From Phoronis australis (taxonomy: Eukaryota; Animalia; Phoronida), in NCBI GenBank assembly GCA_002633005.1, contig NMRA01000531.1, forward strand, positions 78,590-142,589: a stretch of 64,000 bases of DNA, given 5' to 3'. This document shows positions 1-13,214 of this stretch, piece after piece (the first letter of the stretch is position 1; every line of letters begins with the position of its first letter). The notes beneath the pieces are model-generated. The model worked only from the letters and a program-made list of their open reading frames with translations, did not search any database and had not been told where the DNA came from. A program made the position numbers and the translations under genes.

Positions 1-1393
1 AAGTGAGACTCTTGAGGTACGGTTCTAAATAATACATCGATTTCTAGACAAAATTAGTCACCCAACCGCCAGTTAAAGTGGCCATTCTTCCCACGCACAG
101 AGGCGTGGCCGTGGGCGTGGATTGAAATAGTCTGCCCTCTGGTTAACTGTCAGCAAGGGTTGGGTTGCGATGTGCCTGGTCTGGCCAAAACAGAAGAAAT
201 CGAAGTGTCGAGCAGTAGACAGATCGTTTTTTATTTTGAAATTTGAAACCAAAATAAAATGCTTTGATATCAACAGAAATTAAAATCTTTAGGAGCAAAC
301 CCTAAAAATACCTGGTGAGCAGGTTGAAGTCTCTTTCAGTGGCGGATAAACACTTTCAATATTGCGATTTAATTTGTTTATCACGTTCCAAACCTCTTTA
401 AAAAGATTCCATTGTGACCTTGTTTGGTGCCAAACGTCGCACTCGGCTCGTGTTCATCGACGCAGAATTTGGACTGGGATGTGAACAATTTTTCATTGAC
501 TATCGATATACCTTGTTTTTCGAAGGCACAATCTGTTTTTTTTTCTTGGTTTTAGTGTGCAATGGTGTCATTTTTATGACTCACAAGCCAAAAAAACTTT
601 GAAAAAGACATTATTTCACACTAAATATGCCATGATTACATTTTAGTTCTAATTCAAAATAAATGTGTTAATTACTTTAGATTTCTTCGTTCTCTGAAAC
701 AATTTACGACTAGTGGGCAAATATTTCAAGATAAGGTTAATAAAAAGTTATCCTGTAAACATAGGTTTAATTTCGATGCTGAATGAAAATCTTTGGTCAT
801 TGCTACATTCATGTTGGATAAGTTCACAGTTTGGTGCCTGAAGTTGTCCTATGCAATTATAAACGTAAAAATATACCTTGAGCAATGTTTAGATCGATTC
901 GTATAGGGTGGTATGATCCACTTCATCAGTACCGGGCAAAAGGGCACAACAGAAAAGAGCACGGTTTTTAACTTTTTTGCAATATTTTTTACCATTTTTG
1001 CACAACGTTTTAATTAATGTGCCCGTACGTGTACATTACGTTAGATATTTGACTTAATTTGAACTTAGGAACACTAGTTCTCGAAAACGGCTCGGTGGAA
1101 TTCGCTGAAAATTTTCAAACTTAATATTTATTCATCAATCTCAAAAACCCTCGCAGGATTTTCGATATAAAGAACTGGTTTTTGCGTAATGCATGAAAGA
1201 CGAAAATGACGTTTTGCGAGTTGAATGTTCTCAGATTCCAAACTAAAAGACTAATCGAAAATTCCTAGCAGCGTTTTTGAGGTAACTGGTGAAGCTTTCA
1301 TTTAAAAGGGTTTCATTAAAATCGACCGAGGCGTTATTTTGCTATGAATATACCTTTCATAAAAATGAAATTTTGACTTAAAAAGGTGTTATT

Positions 1394-1480
1394 GTAGCAG
1401 CAGCAGAAGCAGTAGCAGCAGCAGTAGCAGCAGCAGTAGCAGCAGCAGCAGCAGTAGTAGTAATCATAATAATAATAACA
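1394..1480. repeat. compound microsatellite (CAG/TAG)n grading into (TAA)n
   Basis: Direct reading: gtagcagcagcagaagcagtagcagcag... then tagtagtaatcataataataataa. Confidence 0.9.
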
Positions 1481-2591
1481 CATAAATATAGAAACACATT
1501 TTAATAATCCCAGATGTTTTTCTTTCGGGAAATGTATACTTTTACTAGTTGACGGAGACCGTTTAATTGATATAGGAGTTAGAATGGAGGCCACTAAACA
1601 AGATTTGAGATACAAGTAGGCGCGTACGTCACCTGACCCCCTCTGGTGTTTAATATAACAGATGGTCATCACACCCTACTGAATGAAAAATCAATACTTA
1701 GTGAGTTAGTACCAGTTGAACTACTGAAAATGAATGTTATACATAGGCCTAGCTTTTTCAGATTAAATGCCGGAAGTCGTGTACGCAGTTTTAATAATGC
1801 AGGAATGTCTCGGGTTCTGTCACAGGAATTTATTGGAACATATTAAGCAAAATTTAAAAAATTTAAAAAATTGCTAACTTTGTTTCTTACTTACTTCAGA
1901 AGCTTATTAACCGTGAATCAAATTCTACCCAGTTGCGATGCCATAATAACTAACAAAGTGTGGAGTTGGAATTGCTTCACTGTATGAGGTCTTCGTGTGA
2001 ATAAGACCCTCGCTAGCATATACTAACACCAGGGCCACATGAGTGGCTAAATGCTTGGTTTTAACAAGAAAGACATCTTTCGCCAAGAATCCATTTGTTC
2101 TCTCACCACCTGAGTCGCTTATAAGCGAAACTTATAGTCAAAACACGTTTACTCTCTCGATAAACTGATTATAAACTATTAAAAGGCTTTCTTCCCCTGC
2201 GCATATGTGTCCTTTGAAAAAAGCGGTCCGGCTACAAAAAGGCTTGCGAAAACGCCAGCAAAACGCTGGGAGTTTTAGCCAGTTTGAGAACAGGTTGTAC
2301 TTTTTTCAAAGTCCACAAATCTGCTGACCGATGTTTCCATCGTTTGATTCTCCACAAAATTAAATGCGTCGCTCATGTGACGTAATGAGCTTAGAAGCAT
2401 CTGCTTCTGAAGCAGTGTATTCAGTAACGCTAGTTTGCGAACCAATATCTCGTACTATTCGCATGAGCGCTCGCGACCTTGCTACCCAACAACACATTTG
2501 CCAGTTGTAAATTGATAGCAAAACAACGGAATCAATTGCATGATCAAATTTTCTTTGGTATTAGATCCCAGAAGCGCTGTTACAGTTTTCT

Positions 2592-3655
2592 ACAAGAGCA
2601 ACGCGGAGCGTTGAAATGCGCCCACGAATGCAACGCATATGGTGTGCGTTAACGGTCGTTTATTTGTATCATAAAAGTGGTCATTAGATGGAGCAAAAGC
2701 GTCCAATCCATTCGAAAACGGGAACATGTCATTGGTTCTTTAATAGAAATCTATAATTCACCAAATTCCATAAAAATCTGTCAAGGAACTTCAGAGAAAC
2801 AAAGGAAAACTGAATAAAATGAAATTGCCACCAGGGGACACAGCGTTGGTTGGATCCACCTGAAAGTCGTCGTTGTCTGTTGTTAGCTTCATGTAAATAC
2901 ATTTATCAAATTTAATAAATATTGTGTAGTGACTTTAGGAGATTCAGCTATGGGCGCAAAACAAAACAAAACAAAACAAAACAAAACTGCCACTACGAGA
3001 CGCCACAATAGTCAAAGTCGTTATCGTCAACTGTCTTTTTAACACTGAGAACATATACTCCAATTTTCAAAACCATCCTTAGAATGGTTTGGTTGATGGA
3101 GGAGTGGATGCTAAAAAACAGACTCGAAAACAGAAAAAATGGCCACTAGGTGGCGCAAAATACCTTGATTCCATCTGAAAACAGGATAGCGTCATGTCAC
3201 CAATAGATACCTATATTCAAAATTTTATGAAAATCCGTCGAAGATCTTTGAAGATAAAGAGGTAAACGTAAAAAACTAAAATTGCCACTAGAGGGCACAC
3301 CGAGAGTCATATCCGCTTGAAAGTCGTCGTCGTCTGTTGTCAATATCATATAAATAAACTTGATAAATTTAGTAAAGATCCTGCAAACGGTTTAGGAGAT
3401 ACAGCCATAGGCGCAAAAAAAAAACTGCCACTAGGAGGCGCCACAGTGGTAAAAAAATCGTCAGCCGTCCTCTTCATAGTAAGAACATACATTTCAATTT
3501 TCACAATCATCCTTAGAGTGGTTTGGTTGATAGAGGGGTGGACGCCAAAAAACGGACTCGAAAACAGTAGAAATGGCCACTAGGTGGCGCAAACTACGTC
3601 GAATCTATCTGAAAACGGAAGGATAGCGTCATCTTACTAATAGATGCCTATATGT
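2592..3655 (-). mobile_element. Helentron-associated non-autonomous element (HINE/DINE-1-like), partial, with ~145-bp internal tandem array
   Basis: Terminus ACAAGAGCAACGCGGAGCGTTGAAATGCGCCCAC (minus strand: subTIR gtgggcgcat + hairpin caacgctccgcgttg + ctcttgt, the DINE-1-type 3' end). Same family at 7323-8131 and 42256-45036. Confidence 0.7.
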
Positions 3656-4167
3656 AATGTCTTTGAGGTTTCTTCTTGAGCATTTATATCGGAACGAAAT
3701 TTGAGGGGAACCGAGCGAAACCATGCAATAACATACTAATTAAGGCAAGGCTGAATTTCCAAAATGTGCTCATTACATGAACGTCTCTGCTACAAATACT
3801 GTAAAATGTATTTAAAATTAAGTCAAAACATGATAAAAATGGTAATGCCTTTTCTTTTACATTCCATCCAAGCGCACATCGCAACTTCACAGTCCCATCA
3901 CCAAAGTTTTTGTCTGATAAAAATACCAACAAAAACTTGATATCATTTTAATATTTTGATCAAATATTCATTGCTCAACTATTGGATGCGTTTTAGTCCA
4001 ATGACTATGCAAACATGTACAGGGTCTTCTCTTTATAAGAGGAAATGCTCTGAAGCTAAATAGTGAATGTCTATTGATTTTTGCACGTTTCAGGGAAAGA
4101 AGAGGCTGAAGGACAGTAAAGGGGTCATTTCAAAGAAAACGTGGCTGAGAAGGTCTGAGAATTTTCA

Positions 4168-5230
4168 ATGAGGCTAAAAAGGTACGCAACTGCCAAGTGT
4201 TTATTTGGTGGCACTGCCATCAGCATATTTCTCTTCGTTTTAAGTGTAAATTGGCAAAAGCTTGAATTCGATGAGCTTGGGACGATTCAGCAACCACAAC
4301 AGCTGGCATATAGACAGGTGGTGACTGTAACGCCATCCTTGCGACCAACGTCAAAGGGGAAAACGAGGTCTCTTTTATCTGTGAGCTGCCCAGAACTCAT
4401 CTCTGGTCAGGCTGTAGAGTTGAAGCACAGCCAGACACTTATGAAGCTCTTCAAGCGCAAGGCAATCCCTGAAGACGACTTTCCTCAGCTCACGAAAAAC
4501 TGCTCGGAATTCACAGAGACTAGAGGTTACATTACGAAGCCCGGTCCAACAGAAGAGGAGAGAGAATATCCAATTGCATTCAGTATCTTGGGATACCAGC
4601 ACGTGGAGCAGATCGAGAGACTGTTAAATGTGATTTACAGGCCACAGAATTTTTACTGCATCCACATTGACAGGAAAAGCGCCAAACGAGTGTTAGAAGG
4701 TGTCACATCAATAGCTCGCTGCCTTTCCAATGTATTTCTAGCAAAGAGGCAGGAAGCTATAGTGTATGCTGGTTTCACAAGACTCCAAGCTGATTTGAAC
4801 TGTATGGAAGATGCCTTGAATAGCGAGGTTCGTTGGAGGTATCTTATCAACCTTTCTGCGGAAATGTTCCCGTTGCGAACAAATCACGAGCTAGTCCGCA
4901 TCTTAAAGGTATATAACGGCTCTAACGACATTGAAGGTAAACGGATAGCGGGCCACGACTGGCGCTGGAAAACATCTTTCAAAGAAGAAAATGGCAAACT
5001 TCACAAAACCAAAGTCACCAAACCTCCACCACCACACGCGATCAAGATCGTGAAGGGTAGTGCTTACGGTGCGTTCACTAGGGAATTTCTGAAGTATGCA
5101 CTACATGACCCCAGGGCTAAAGATTTACTGAATTGGATGAAGGACACGAACAGCCCAGACGAGATATTCTTTCCAACATTGCATAATGTCAGGGACAATC
5201 CACAGCTTACTGTGCCAGGCAGTTTCAAAG
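4168..5230 (+). CDS. GCNT: beta-1,6-N-acetylglucosaminyltransferase (GT14, core-2/I-branching family), gene A, coding exon 1
   Basis: Type II membrane N-terminus, then family motifs EEREYPIAFSIL, IYRPQNFYCIHID, SRLQADLNCM-like TRLQADLNCM, WRYLINL, KGSAY and SPDE (catalytic Glu motif). Acceptor tttcag| at 4093 just upstream of the ATG; donor aaag|gtaaag after 5230 (phase 1). Confidence 0.93.
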
Positions 5231-6657
5231 GTAAAGTAGATATCACCTGCTTAAAGTAACCGCACACCTGTATCTTTTTTACCAAGGGTAACATTTCCTC
5301 AAGCATATTTCAGTAACTGTTTATGAATCCCAAAACCGTATGAATTTCAGAACCCTATATCATACTATCATATTTAATACATCAGAAAAGTGATTGCTCA
5401 CTTGCAGTAAAGTGAGTACGTGTTTTCCTACGAATGATTCTGCAGTGATCCTTTAAATTCCAGATATGAAACTTTTCCCACCAAAGTAGTTCCTAAAAAC
5501 CATAAGCTTTAAAAACAGCAACAGGAAGCGTTGGTATGCGCCTTCCCTGGGCATCGCATGCAGTGCAGAAACAATTTGTGATTAATATGTTGAACATTCT
5601 CCATAGAAAAAAAAATGATATTCAAGTAGTACATTGCGGGCATGAATCAAGTGGGACAAAAATTAGCAGATGAATCTTCTCATTAATGAGAACACATATG
5701 GTGAATTCAACAAACTAAAATTGAAGCTGGCGCAACTATTCATAATAGTAGTAGTGTTTGTCCGAAAGGACTATCTGTAGTAGAAACATAAGTTCAACAT
5801 TTCAGACTCAAGTAGTAACGCAGAAAGACCTGGTCGCAGAAAAAAATGAAATTGCCTCTCCGATGCAAAGCACAATTTCTCAGGAAATTTACGTCACTGT
5901 GCTTCCAGCCCCAGTACAAATAAATAAGTCAAGCTTCATAACCATGTTTGCATCCATGTAGTGGTGGCTGTAAAAAATTGCCGCAAGGAGACAGCATTTA
6001 CCTGATTCGTCTGAAATTTAAAAAGTGTGTGGGCTCGATCCTGTAACGCCCGCGATGCCAGGCTAATGCTTTGCTGGTGGAGTTAAATTCGACTTCTTAA
6101 ACGAAGCGGATTTAACTGGGAGTCACCGGGCTTGATTTCAGCGAATGTCTGGCAGAGCACGGTGATTTTGTTGTTTTATGGCTTTGGTCAAAGCTAATAA
6201 CAAAATGTCTAACTCATTTAACAATAATCCCCAAATACATTTTCCGATAATGACTCTTAAGGTGACTAGACTCGGTAGGCACTGAAATAGACGGAAAGAA
6301 AACAAGCTGACAGCAGATCCATCCAAAAATAAAAACCAGCAGTGCTCTTAAATATCATGAAGATCCATAATAGAAATTAGTTAATATTCACAGGCTCAAA
6401 GGGTAATGCGGAAGTTTCATTAAAATCCGTCAGTTGGTTCAAATCAAATCATCTAGAAAAGCTCTTCCCAAAATGGCCACTAAGATGCGCTGCAGTGGTC
6501 GAAGCCATCCCAAAATCAAAGGATGGCAGCGCATTGACATCGATCTTGAACGGTAACACCAGTAAATTTGGTTCCTACAGTACGTCAAGAGCATCGTTCT
6601 GAGTCCACTAGTGCCATAAATTGCCAAATGTAACGAACTCTTAGGCGTGCTTCTGTC

Positions 6658-6796
6658 TGCGTCACCGCGAGAATCACCTTTTAATTCAAACAGCAGCAAA
6701 TAACACCCGCACGCAGTGGTGTTCTATTCAAACCCCTATTCAATACAACTGGTATCGGCCTTTTGTTGTTTATGCTGGGATCTCGCGGTGACGCAA
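6658..6796. mobile_element. small MITE-like inverted repeat
   Basis: TGCGTCACCGCGAGAATC near 6658 pairs with GATCTCGCGGTGACGCA near 6779. Confidence 0.5.
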
Positions 6797-7322
6797 CATG
6801 GTACGAAAAGGCTGCTTTACTTATCATTTGAATGGCTTACATTTGCGCAATTGAACTCGCGTTTTCTTAATATTTTATTAAGACTTTGCTAGGACTATCT
6901 GGTTAACCCAATACATCTAAAATAACAAAATTCCGTTGAAGTTGGGCTTTAAAAAGCCTCTTGCTGAGAACAAAATGACCACTAGGAGGTGCTGCAGTTG
7001 TCAAATCCGCCCATAAAACTTAATGGTGCCGGCACATTGACATCATTTACCTTTGCGTCAAGTTTCATTGAAATCCGTCAAGATATATCCTCCGCAAAGG
7101 GTCTTCCTCAAAATCGCCACAGCTCTAGAGGTCAAATGCGCTCGAAAATCCAATGGTGCTGCCAGCGCGTTGTCATTATTGTGTTAAGTTTCATTGATAT
7201 CCGTTAATCGGCTCTCCTTAGAACTAAGGAGATACGGGGTTTCAGGTATGACAAATAAAATTACTGCCAAGGAGCCCCGCAATATTCGGATCCATCAGAA
7301 GATCGTCTTCAGCTAATTTTCT

Positions 7323-8131
7323 CAAGAGCAACGCTGAGCGTTGAAATGCACCCATGGCAGTACCGCAAACGGAAAGCTTCAAGGGGTGTTTAATAAAGAT
7401 CATAAATATGGCTATTAGATGGCGCAGAATACATCTCTCCAACCCAAAACAGATTAGCGTCGTCGTCTTCCGAATAGAAAACTATTGCCTAAAATTCATA
7501 AAAATACTAAAGGTTATCAAGGCGAACGCGAAAAAATATATGAACTGCCATCAGGAGACGAACCAGTAGTACGATTCGTACTACACCTGTTGTCAAGTAA
7601 TAGGAATACGCTTGCCAAACTTCCAAAATATCTTGCAAGGGTTTAGCAGATACAGCCCAGATGTAAAAATGTCAAAATAAAAACTTGGTAGCTAAGTTTC
7701 ATTAAAAACCATCGAAGACTCTGGTAAAACAGGGAAAACACAACAACTAAATTTGCCACAAGGGGTCACAGCGGTTGTACGAGTTGTCCGAAAATACAGG
7801 TAAGATGTGCTCTCCTCCATAGGAAGACATCTCAAAATAAAAATTCATTGAGCATCTTTGTGGATAAATAGGCGATCGCCATAACAATAGTCGAATATAG
7901 TAAAAATGAGCAATAGGTGTAACAAATACGTCGTATCCAAAGACAAAACGGCAAACGCCCGAAAGTCTTCGTCATCCGTGGTTAAGTTGATAGGAATACA
8001 CTAGAGAAATTCCGCAACGATCTTGCAAAGTTTTTAGGTGATACAGTCGCGAACGCCGGAAGGACACCGAACAGACATGGCGGAAATATGTGACCGGCGC
8101 ACACAAACCAGCACTGTAAGGAGGACATAAA
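7323..8131 (-). mobile_element. HINE/DINE-1-like element, older copy (further decayed pieces at ~6290-6570 and ~6900-7210)
   Basis: Terminus CAAGAGCAACGCTGAGCGTTGAAATGCACCC; degenerate ccactag..ggcgc repeats; opposite end gacgccggaaggac...cataaa like 44325-44390. Confidence 0.6.
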
Positions 8132-9248
8132 TGTTACATCCTGCAATTATCAACAGCACACCGTCCTCAATCCTTCAATTCACACCATAAGTGTACAAAA
8201 ATACTGCAGATGTGTTAGTGATTACCGTTTCAATTTACGATTAAGTCATATTTTGCCATTGTCGCCTACAATGTTGCATACTCATTTAATAAGCAAGTAA
8301 ATGGTCAGTGTTTTTTGATATAAGGGTGGTCAATACTCTCTTTATATCAGCGCCAAAGATGATAATGACTTCTGTAAATTGATGAACGGTGACAAAGTTA
8401 TTGCAACAAAAACTTTCAGTAGTGTTTGCAATTACGTCATCAGGATTCAGAGGTGCGCAATGTTGGAGGACAAACAATCGTATGGCGGTGGTCAATGATA
8501 GCAAACCCAGCTATCAGGAGTTGTTCGCTGCTGGTGATAGGCTTATGTACGAAAACTAATGACATTTATCTTAAGCATAGAGCCCTATAAAATTCCGACA
8601 TCGGAGCGGGAAAAATCGAGACCAGTGAAACAAAGCGACCGGGGACAAAGAGACGGGGAACGTCCTGTTTTGGGGTTGGCGATTTTGCAGTGCCGAATGT
8701 CCAAGTTAAATCTTCACCGATTACAAAATAGCCGGCTGAACATGTCTTTCAGTTCAGCAAAAGCCGCCATGTTGTCGGTGCTGGAATTGTGTGCTGTTCA
8801 CACTAAATAAGCAACATCTACTTCACTACTTGATGGTGAAAAATGTTGAATCGTACAAAGTAGTAGGTAAAGATATGTCTCACCAAATTTCTCTGTAAAA
8901 TATTGGTGAAAATAATTCATATACAAATTTAGACTCAAAACATATGCCGCTGGCGTCCAAGCAGGCCGACCCGATCCAAATTTCACCGAAAAAGTTGCAA
9001 GAACTATGGGCTCGGTCTCCAATCTACGTACTCAGACTCATACGCATACTCGAGCTTTCATACTCAAAATCGTGCTCACTGGAGTCGTACTCAAAAAAGC
9101 GTATCTTATGTCGCATTTCGAGTAGACTCCAAACGTATTCAAATCTAACACTCATACTCGAGTCGCTATGGAACTCTTTATGATGTGAAATGCAAAACCA
9201 CGCAAAGTCGCGCTGATTCATCGCTCCCTATAGACCACGCAAGAGGTA

Positions 9249-10213
9249 CCCGCTCATCCAAAACCTTTAGGGCAAACAGATGGCGCTTCTCATCAATCAC
9301 GTGTCATTTTATCGCTCTAATAAGACTGTATGCCAGAGAATCTTGACCAAGCTTCTTGACCTACATTCTGCTGCTGCTGACTGTAGCCACAGGTCACGAG
9401 AGTTCATGAACCAGACAGTGTATGTCTGAGTGGCGAATTTGTGCGGAAAAGAAATCTTTGTGTCCGACATTCCATGTTTAAAACCCCATTTGTAATAACT
9501 ATTTATAACATATAATTAAGATGAAAGTGTTAATAATCTACGCTGTTGTGGTTGCTCGGCCTAAGCGCTGGGGTAAAATATATACTCAATGAACGTGACC
9601 ATGGTGAGGCTACTAAACCGGGCCCGGCCACTTTTCCGCCCGGCGAGATTTTGGCAACGCAACAACCATATTAATTTTAATTAGGCTGAAATATAACCAC
9701 TATAGTTTTTAAATTATGCTTGAATTATACATGGTGATATACATGTTAGGTTTTATTCTCTTGCGATATTTTCTTTTTCGTTCAGTGTCTCGTTAGCCAA
9801 CAACACTGAGCCCAGTAGACCGGACTGGCCGTGGCACGGCACGGCAGCTGATGGTTCACTAAGTAGAAACGTCTGTAATATTTTATGTTCTGTCAACACT
9901 AAGGCAAAAGAGAGTGGCTTCAACTTATATAGTATCTTATTTATAAGGAACTGAACCATGCACTATGAACATGTTGGTGGCCATGATTAATAACAGCTGA
10001 CGGTATAAACAAAGAGTGAAGCACTGAGCTCATCATGTCACGTTGTGACAACGGCGATGTGACAACAGCAGCTGTAGAATGTATAGGTCAAGATGCTGGG
10101 TCAAGATTCAGTTCACACAAGAATGTCACATGACTGTAAGCAGCGCAGCCTGTTAGTAAAGCATCATTGCATCCAGCGCCATCTGTTTGCCGTAAAGGTT
10201 TTGGATGAGCGGG
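9249..10213. mobile_element. TA-flanked MITE (Tc1/mariner-type target) with ~39-bp TIRs, internally deleted copy
   Basis: TA|CCCGCTCATCCAAAACCTTTAGGGCAAACAGATGGCGC ... GCGCCATCTGTTTGCCGTAAAGGTTTTGGATGAGCGGG|TA. A longer copy lies at 23162-24453. Confidence 0.85.
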
Positions 10214-10289
10214 TACCCCAGCAACTAAATATCGTCTGCTGTCCCTACAACTACAAGAGTATAACGTGGAATTCGGAGTATTCTGTAAC

Positions 10290-10436
10290 CATGGGCGGAT
10301 CCAGGATTTTGAGTTGGGGGGGGCAGGGCAGAGTATTAGCCAGGATTTTGCCTGTCAGACATTGGCACTCCCGAACTGCCCAATGGAATCTTGGAGAATT
10401 ATAGGGGGGCCATGGCCCCCTCTAAATCCGCAACTG
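10290..10436. mobile_element. CA..TG hAT-type MITE with 5-bp TSD (GTAAC)
   Basis: CATGGGCGGATCC...TCCGCAACTG; the empty site ttctgtaactgtt is visible in the paralogous element near 53265. Related copies at ~14373-14539 and 19682-19809. Confidence 0.8.
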
Positions 10437-10659
10437 GTAACTGTTATTCATTTTTTTCAGTTTCAATACAATATTCTTATACCATTTCCTTGATACATGT
10501 GACAACTGTTAGGCTTTACTTCTCGAGTTCCTCATCTCTCGAAAATGTCTTAAGAAATTTGTAACAGCTTATCACATCAAAGAACCCCTGTTCTCTCTTG
10601 CTAATTTCGTCTTAAACATAGATCCCATTGCTGATGTCAAAACTTTGATACTGTATCTT

Positions 10660-10902
10660 CATAGGCGGATTTAGGGAGGCCCGACCCGATACTGGGGTTA
10701 GGAGCTAGTAGGACCGGGAGCTGATGAGGGGAAAACACGTTACCGTTTTTTTTAGTCCAACGATAGATTTCCTCAACAGGTATACAAGGTATACATCCTC
10801 GGCTCCCGCACCTTCCGGGCCGCCTGCGTGCACGTACAATCGAGTTTTGCCCAATTCACGAGCACGTCGGGCCCCCCTCATGGTATCCTAGATCCGCCAC
10901 TG
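10660..10902. mobile_element. CA..TG hAT-type MITE with 5-bp TSD (ATCTT)
   Basis: CATAGGCGGATTTAGG ... CCTAGATCCGCCACTG flanked by atctt on both sides. Confidence 0.75.
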
Positions 10903-11344
10903 ATCTTTGTATCTTACCGGGATGTATCAAGTTAGTTGACATTTGGCGCGTGAGTTAAAAAACAATACATCTGCAGGCATACAGAGTTCACCAGTGAACC
11001 GGACGAGACGTCTACTTAGATATCGGCAAACAAAATCTGGAATACCATTCGGGGATTGACGAATTCTAGATGACTGAACTATGATGTGAAATGTACCTGA
11101 CAGGGAAGCAAACTGTTTTTAACTTTCCTCGCCTCCTCGTCTTTTGAAGCCCTACAAACCGTGGGCACACCTACTGAAATAAGGTGCACAAACTTCTCAC
11201 ACGACTTTTCCCGCAACTGCTTTCGACTCTTGTAATGACTCGCCGACAAGGGATTAGAATGCTCCTGTTGCCAGGAATCGTAGAGTAAGAAGGAGTTTGT
11301 AAATTGACGGCGATGACATGCAGTGATACGGCTTGTTAATAAGG

Positions 11345-13145
11345 TAATAATAACAATACTACTACTACTACTAATAATAATAATATTAATAATAACAACA
11401 ACAAACTTTATTTAAAGAGGATAAAAATACAATAAATGTAAAACATGCTTTAGCCAAAGGCCAATATCCAGCATGGCCCTCTGCAGCAAGAAATTAAATT
11501 AATTAAATTAAGTTAGATAAACAGATTAAATTAAGATACAATAAGATACATTAAATAAAATAATATTTACAAATTGGATTTACAAACTGAATTAAAGATA
11601 AATAAATCAATAAACAAATAAATAAAAAAATTTTGGTAAATATATTGGAAAGACAAAAAGGAGGGACATCTATGACGACCACAGGTAACTGATGAGGTGG
11701 TGTCTGAAATTATCATAATAGTCAGCACCCTTAAGACTATTAGACAAATTGTTCCACTGTTAGATGGTCTGAAAAAAAAGGACTTAGAATAAAACGATGT
11801 CCTGTGTCTGGGCAAAACCAAATAGTTTGAGGCAGAAAATCTTGTCCTGATTTGGTAGAAATTTCGAACAAGTACGAGATTACGAGATAGATAAGTCGGT
11901 ACATTAACGTGAAAGCACCTATGCATCATACACAGATGCCTATATATAAAATATTTGTCAATAGGGAGCCACCCCAGTCTATTAAACATATGAGTTGACG
12001 GAGTGTCAAAAGGCACACCTAGAACAAGTCTGGCCGCCTGCTTCTGAGCCTTTAACAAAGAGGAAACTAATTTTGCATTGCATCCTGACCACACTGTACT
12101 ACAATAAACGAACAGAGGGAATACACAAGCGCTGAAATATTGTAGACGCCCTTCTGTGGGAAGAAATGATGATGTACGCCGGAGAAGACCAAGTCGCTGC
12201 CTAATTTTGGACACAGTCCCATTAATATGGCTAGACCAGCTGAGGGTCTTGTCTACAGTAACACCTAATAACTTTTCACTGTCAACATATTTGAGGCGTA
12301 CATTGGAAATAGCAAGGTTAAGCTCAAGATTACTTCTACTATGCCGTTGCTCTGTGGCAATACTCGTACATTTTGTTTTTTCAGCATTAATTACCATTTT
12401 ATTATCAGTACACCAGGTAGCAACCTTATCCAGATCAGACTGGAGTCTGTCCTTTACAGCGATCAGCCACAACAGACAAAGTGTTTTCGCAGACTAAAGA
12501 GAGATCATTTATAGAAAGTAAAAACAGCAGAGGTCCCAGGATGGATCCCTGGGGAACACCGTGTGTGATACCTCGGGACTCAGACAGATGTCCACCAAGG
12601 GATACAACCTGGCACCTCTCTGACAGATATGATTTAAACCAGTGTAGGGAGACCTTGTCCACCTTGTAAATTAACAATTTGCTTAGAAATATATTGTGAT
12701 CAAAGAGATCAAAAGCTTTTTTAAAATCCAAAAATACTACACCAACGTTGTGACCATTATCTACGCCCTGAGCCCAGCCGTTAACAATATTAATGAGGGC
12801 AGTTTTACAGGAGTAATCACTTCTGAAACCGAACTGAGATGCAACTACTAACTCATGCTCAGTCAAAAATGAATAAAAGGTATTGTGAACATGCTTTTCC
12901 AACAATTTAGACAAGACCGGTAAAATTGAAATTGGTCTGTAATTGTTTACATTGTCAGTAGTACCGCCTTTGTGTAAAGGGGATACTTTTGCAAGTTTCT
13001 ACAAACTAGGAAACTTGGAAGTTTTAATGCTATGGTTTAAAAAATAGGTGATGGATGATGTCAGCTCCTCATGAGCTAGTTTCAATATTTTGGACCTGAC
13101 ATCATCCATTCCAGTGGCGTTATTAAGATTAAGGCCAGAAGTCAT
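11345..13145 (-). mobile_element. 5'-truncated CR1/L2-group LINE, RT pseudogene with 3' UTR and microsatellite tail
   Basis: NYRPISILPVLSKLLEK, QFGFR, VFLDFKKAFD, GVPQGSILGPLLF, KLLGVTVD and QKQAARLVL. It has a stop at ~12999 and a frameshift/deletion near 12470 that removes the YADD motif; (TAA/TAC)n tail at 11345-11402. Confidence 0.92.
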
Positions 13146-13214
13146 GTGCAAACACTCTATAGAAGCGCACGTGACTGTCTTTACGTGTGTAACGAAGCCC
13201 ATGTATTTTTACAG

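Larger units (their letters stand above)
9009..11345. mobile_element. Harbinger-like non-autonomous element, truncated by the LINE, host to three nested MITEs
   Basis: Starts GGCTCGGTCTCCAATCTACGTACTCAGACTC. The body is the reverse complement of 52628-53591, which belongs to a complete TIR-bounded copy. Confidence 0.7.

Noticed and set aside
1334-1672. Cys/Tyr-rich ORF
   Set aside because: Translation of a trinucleotide microsatellite.
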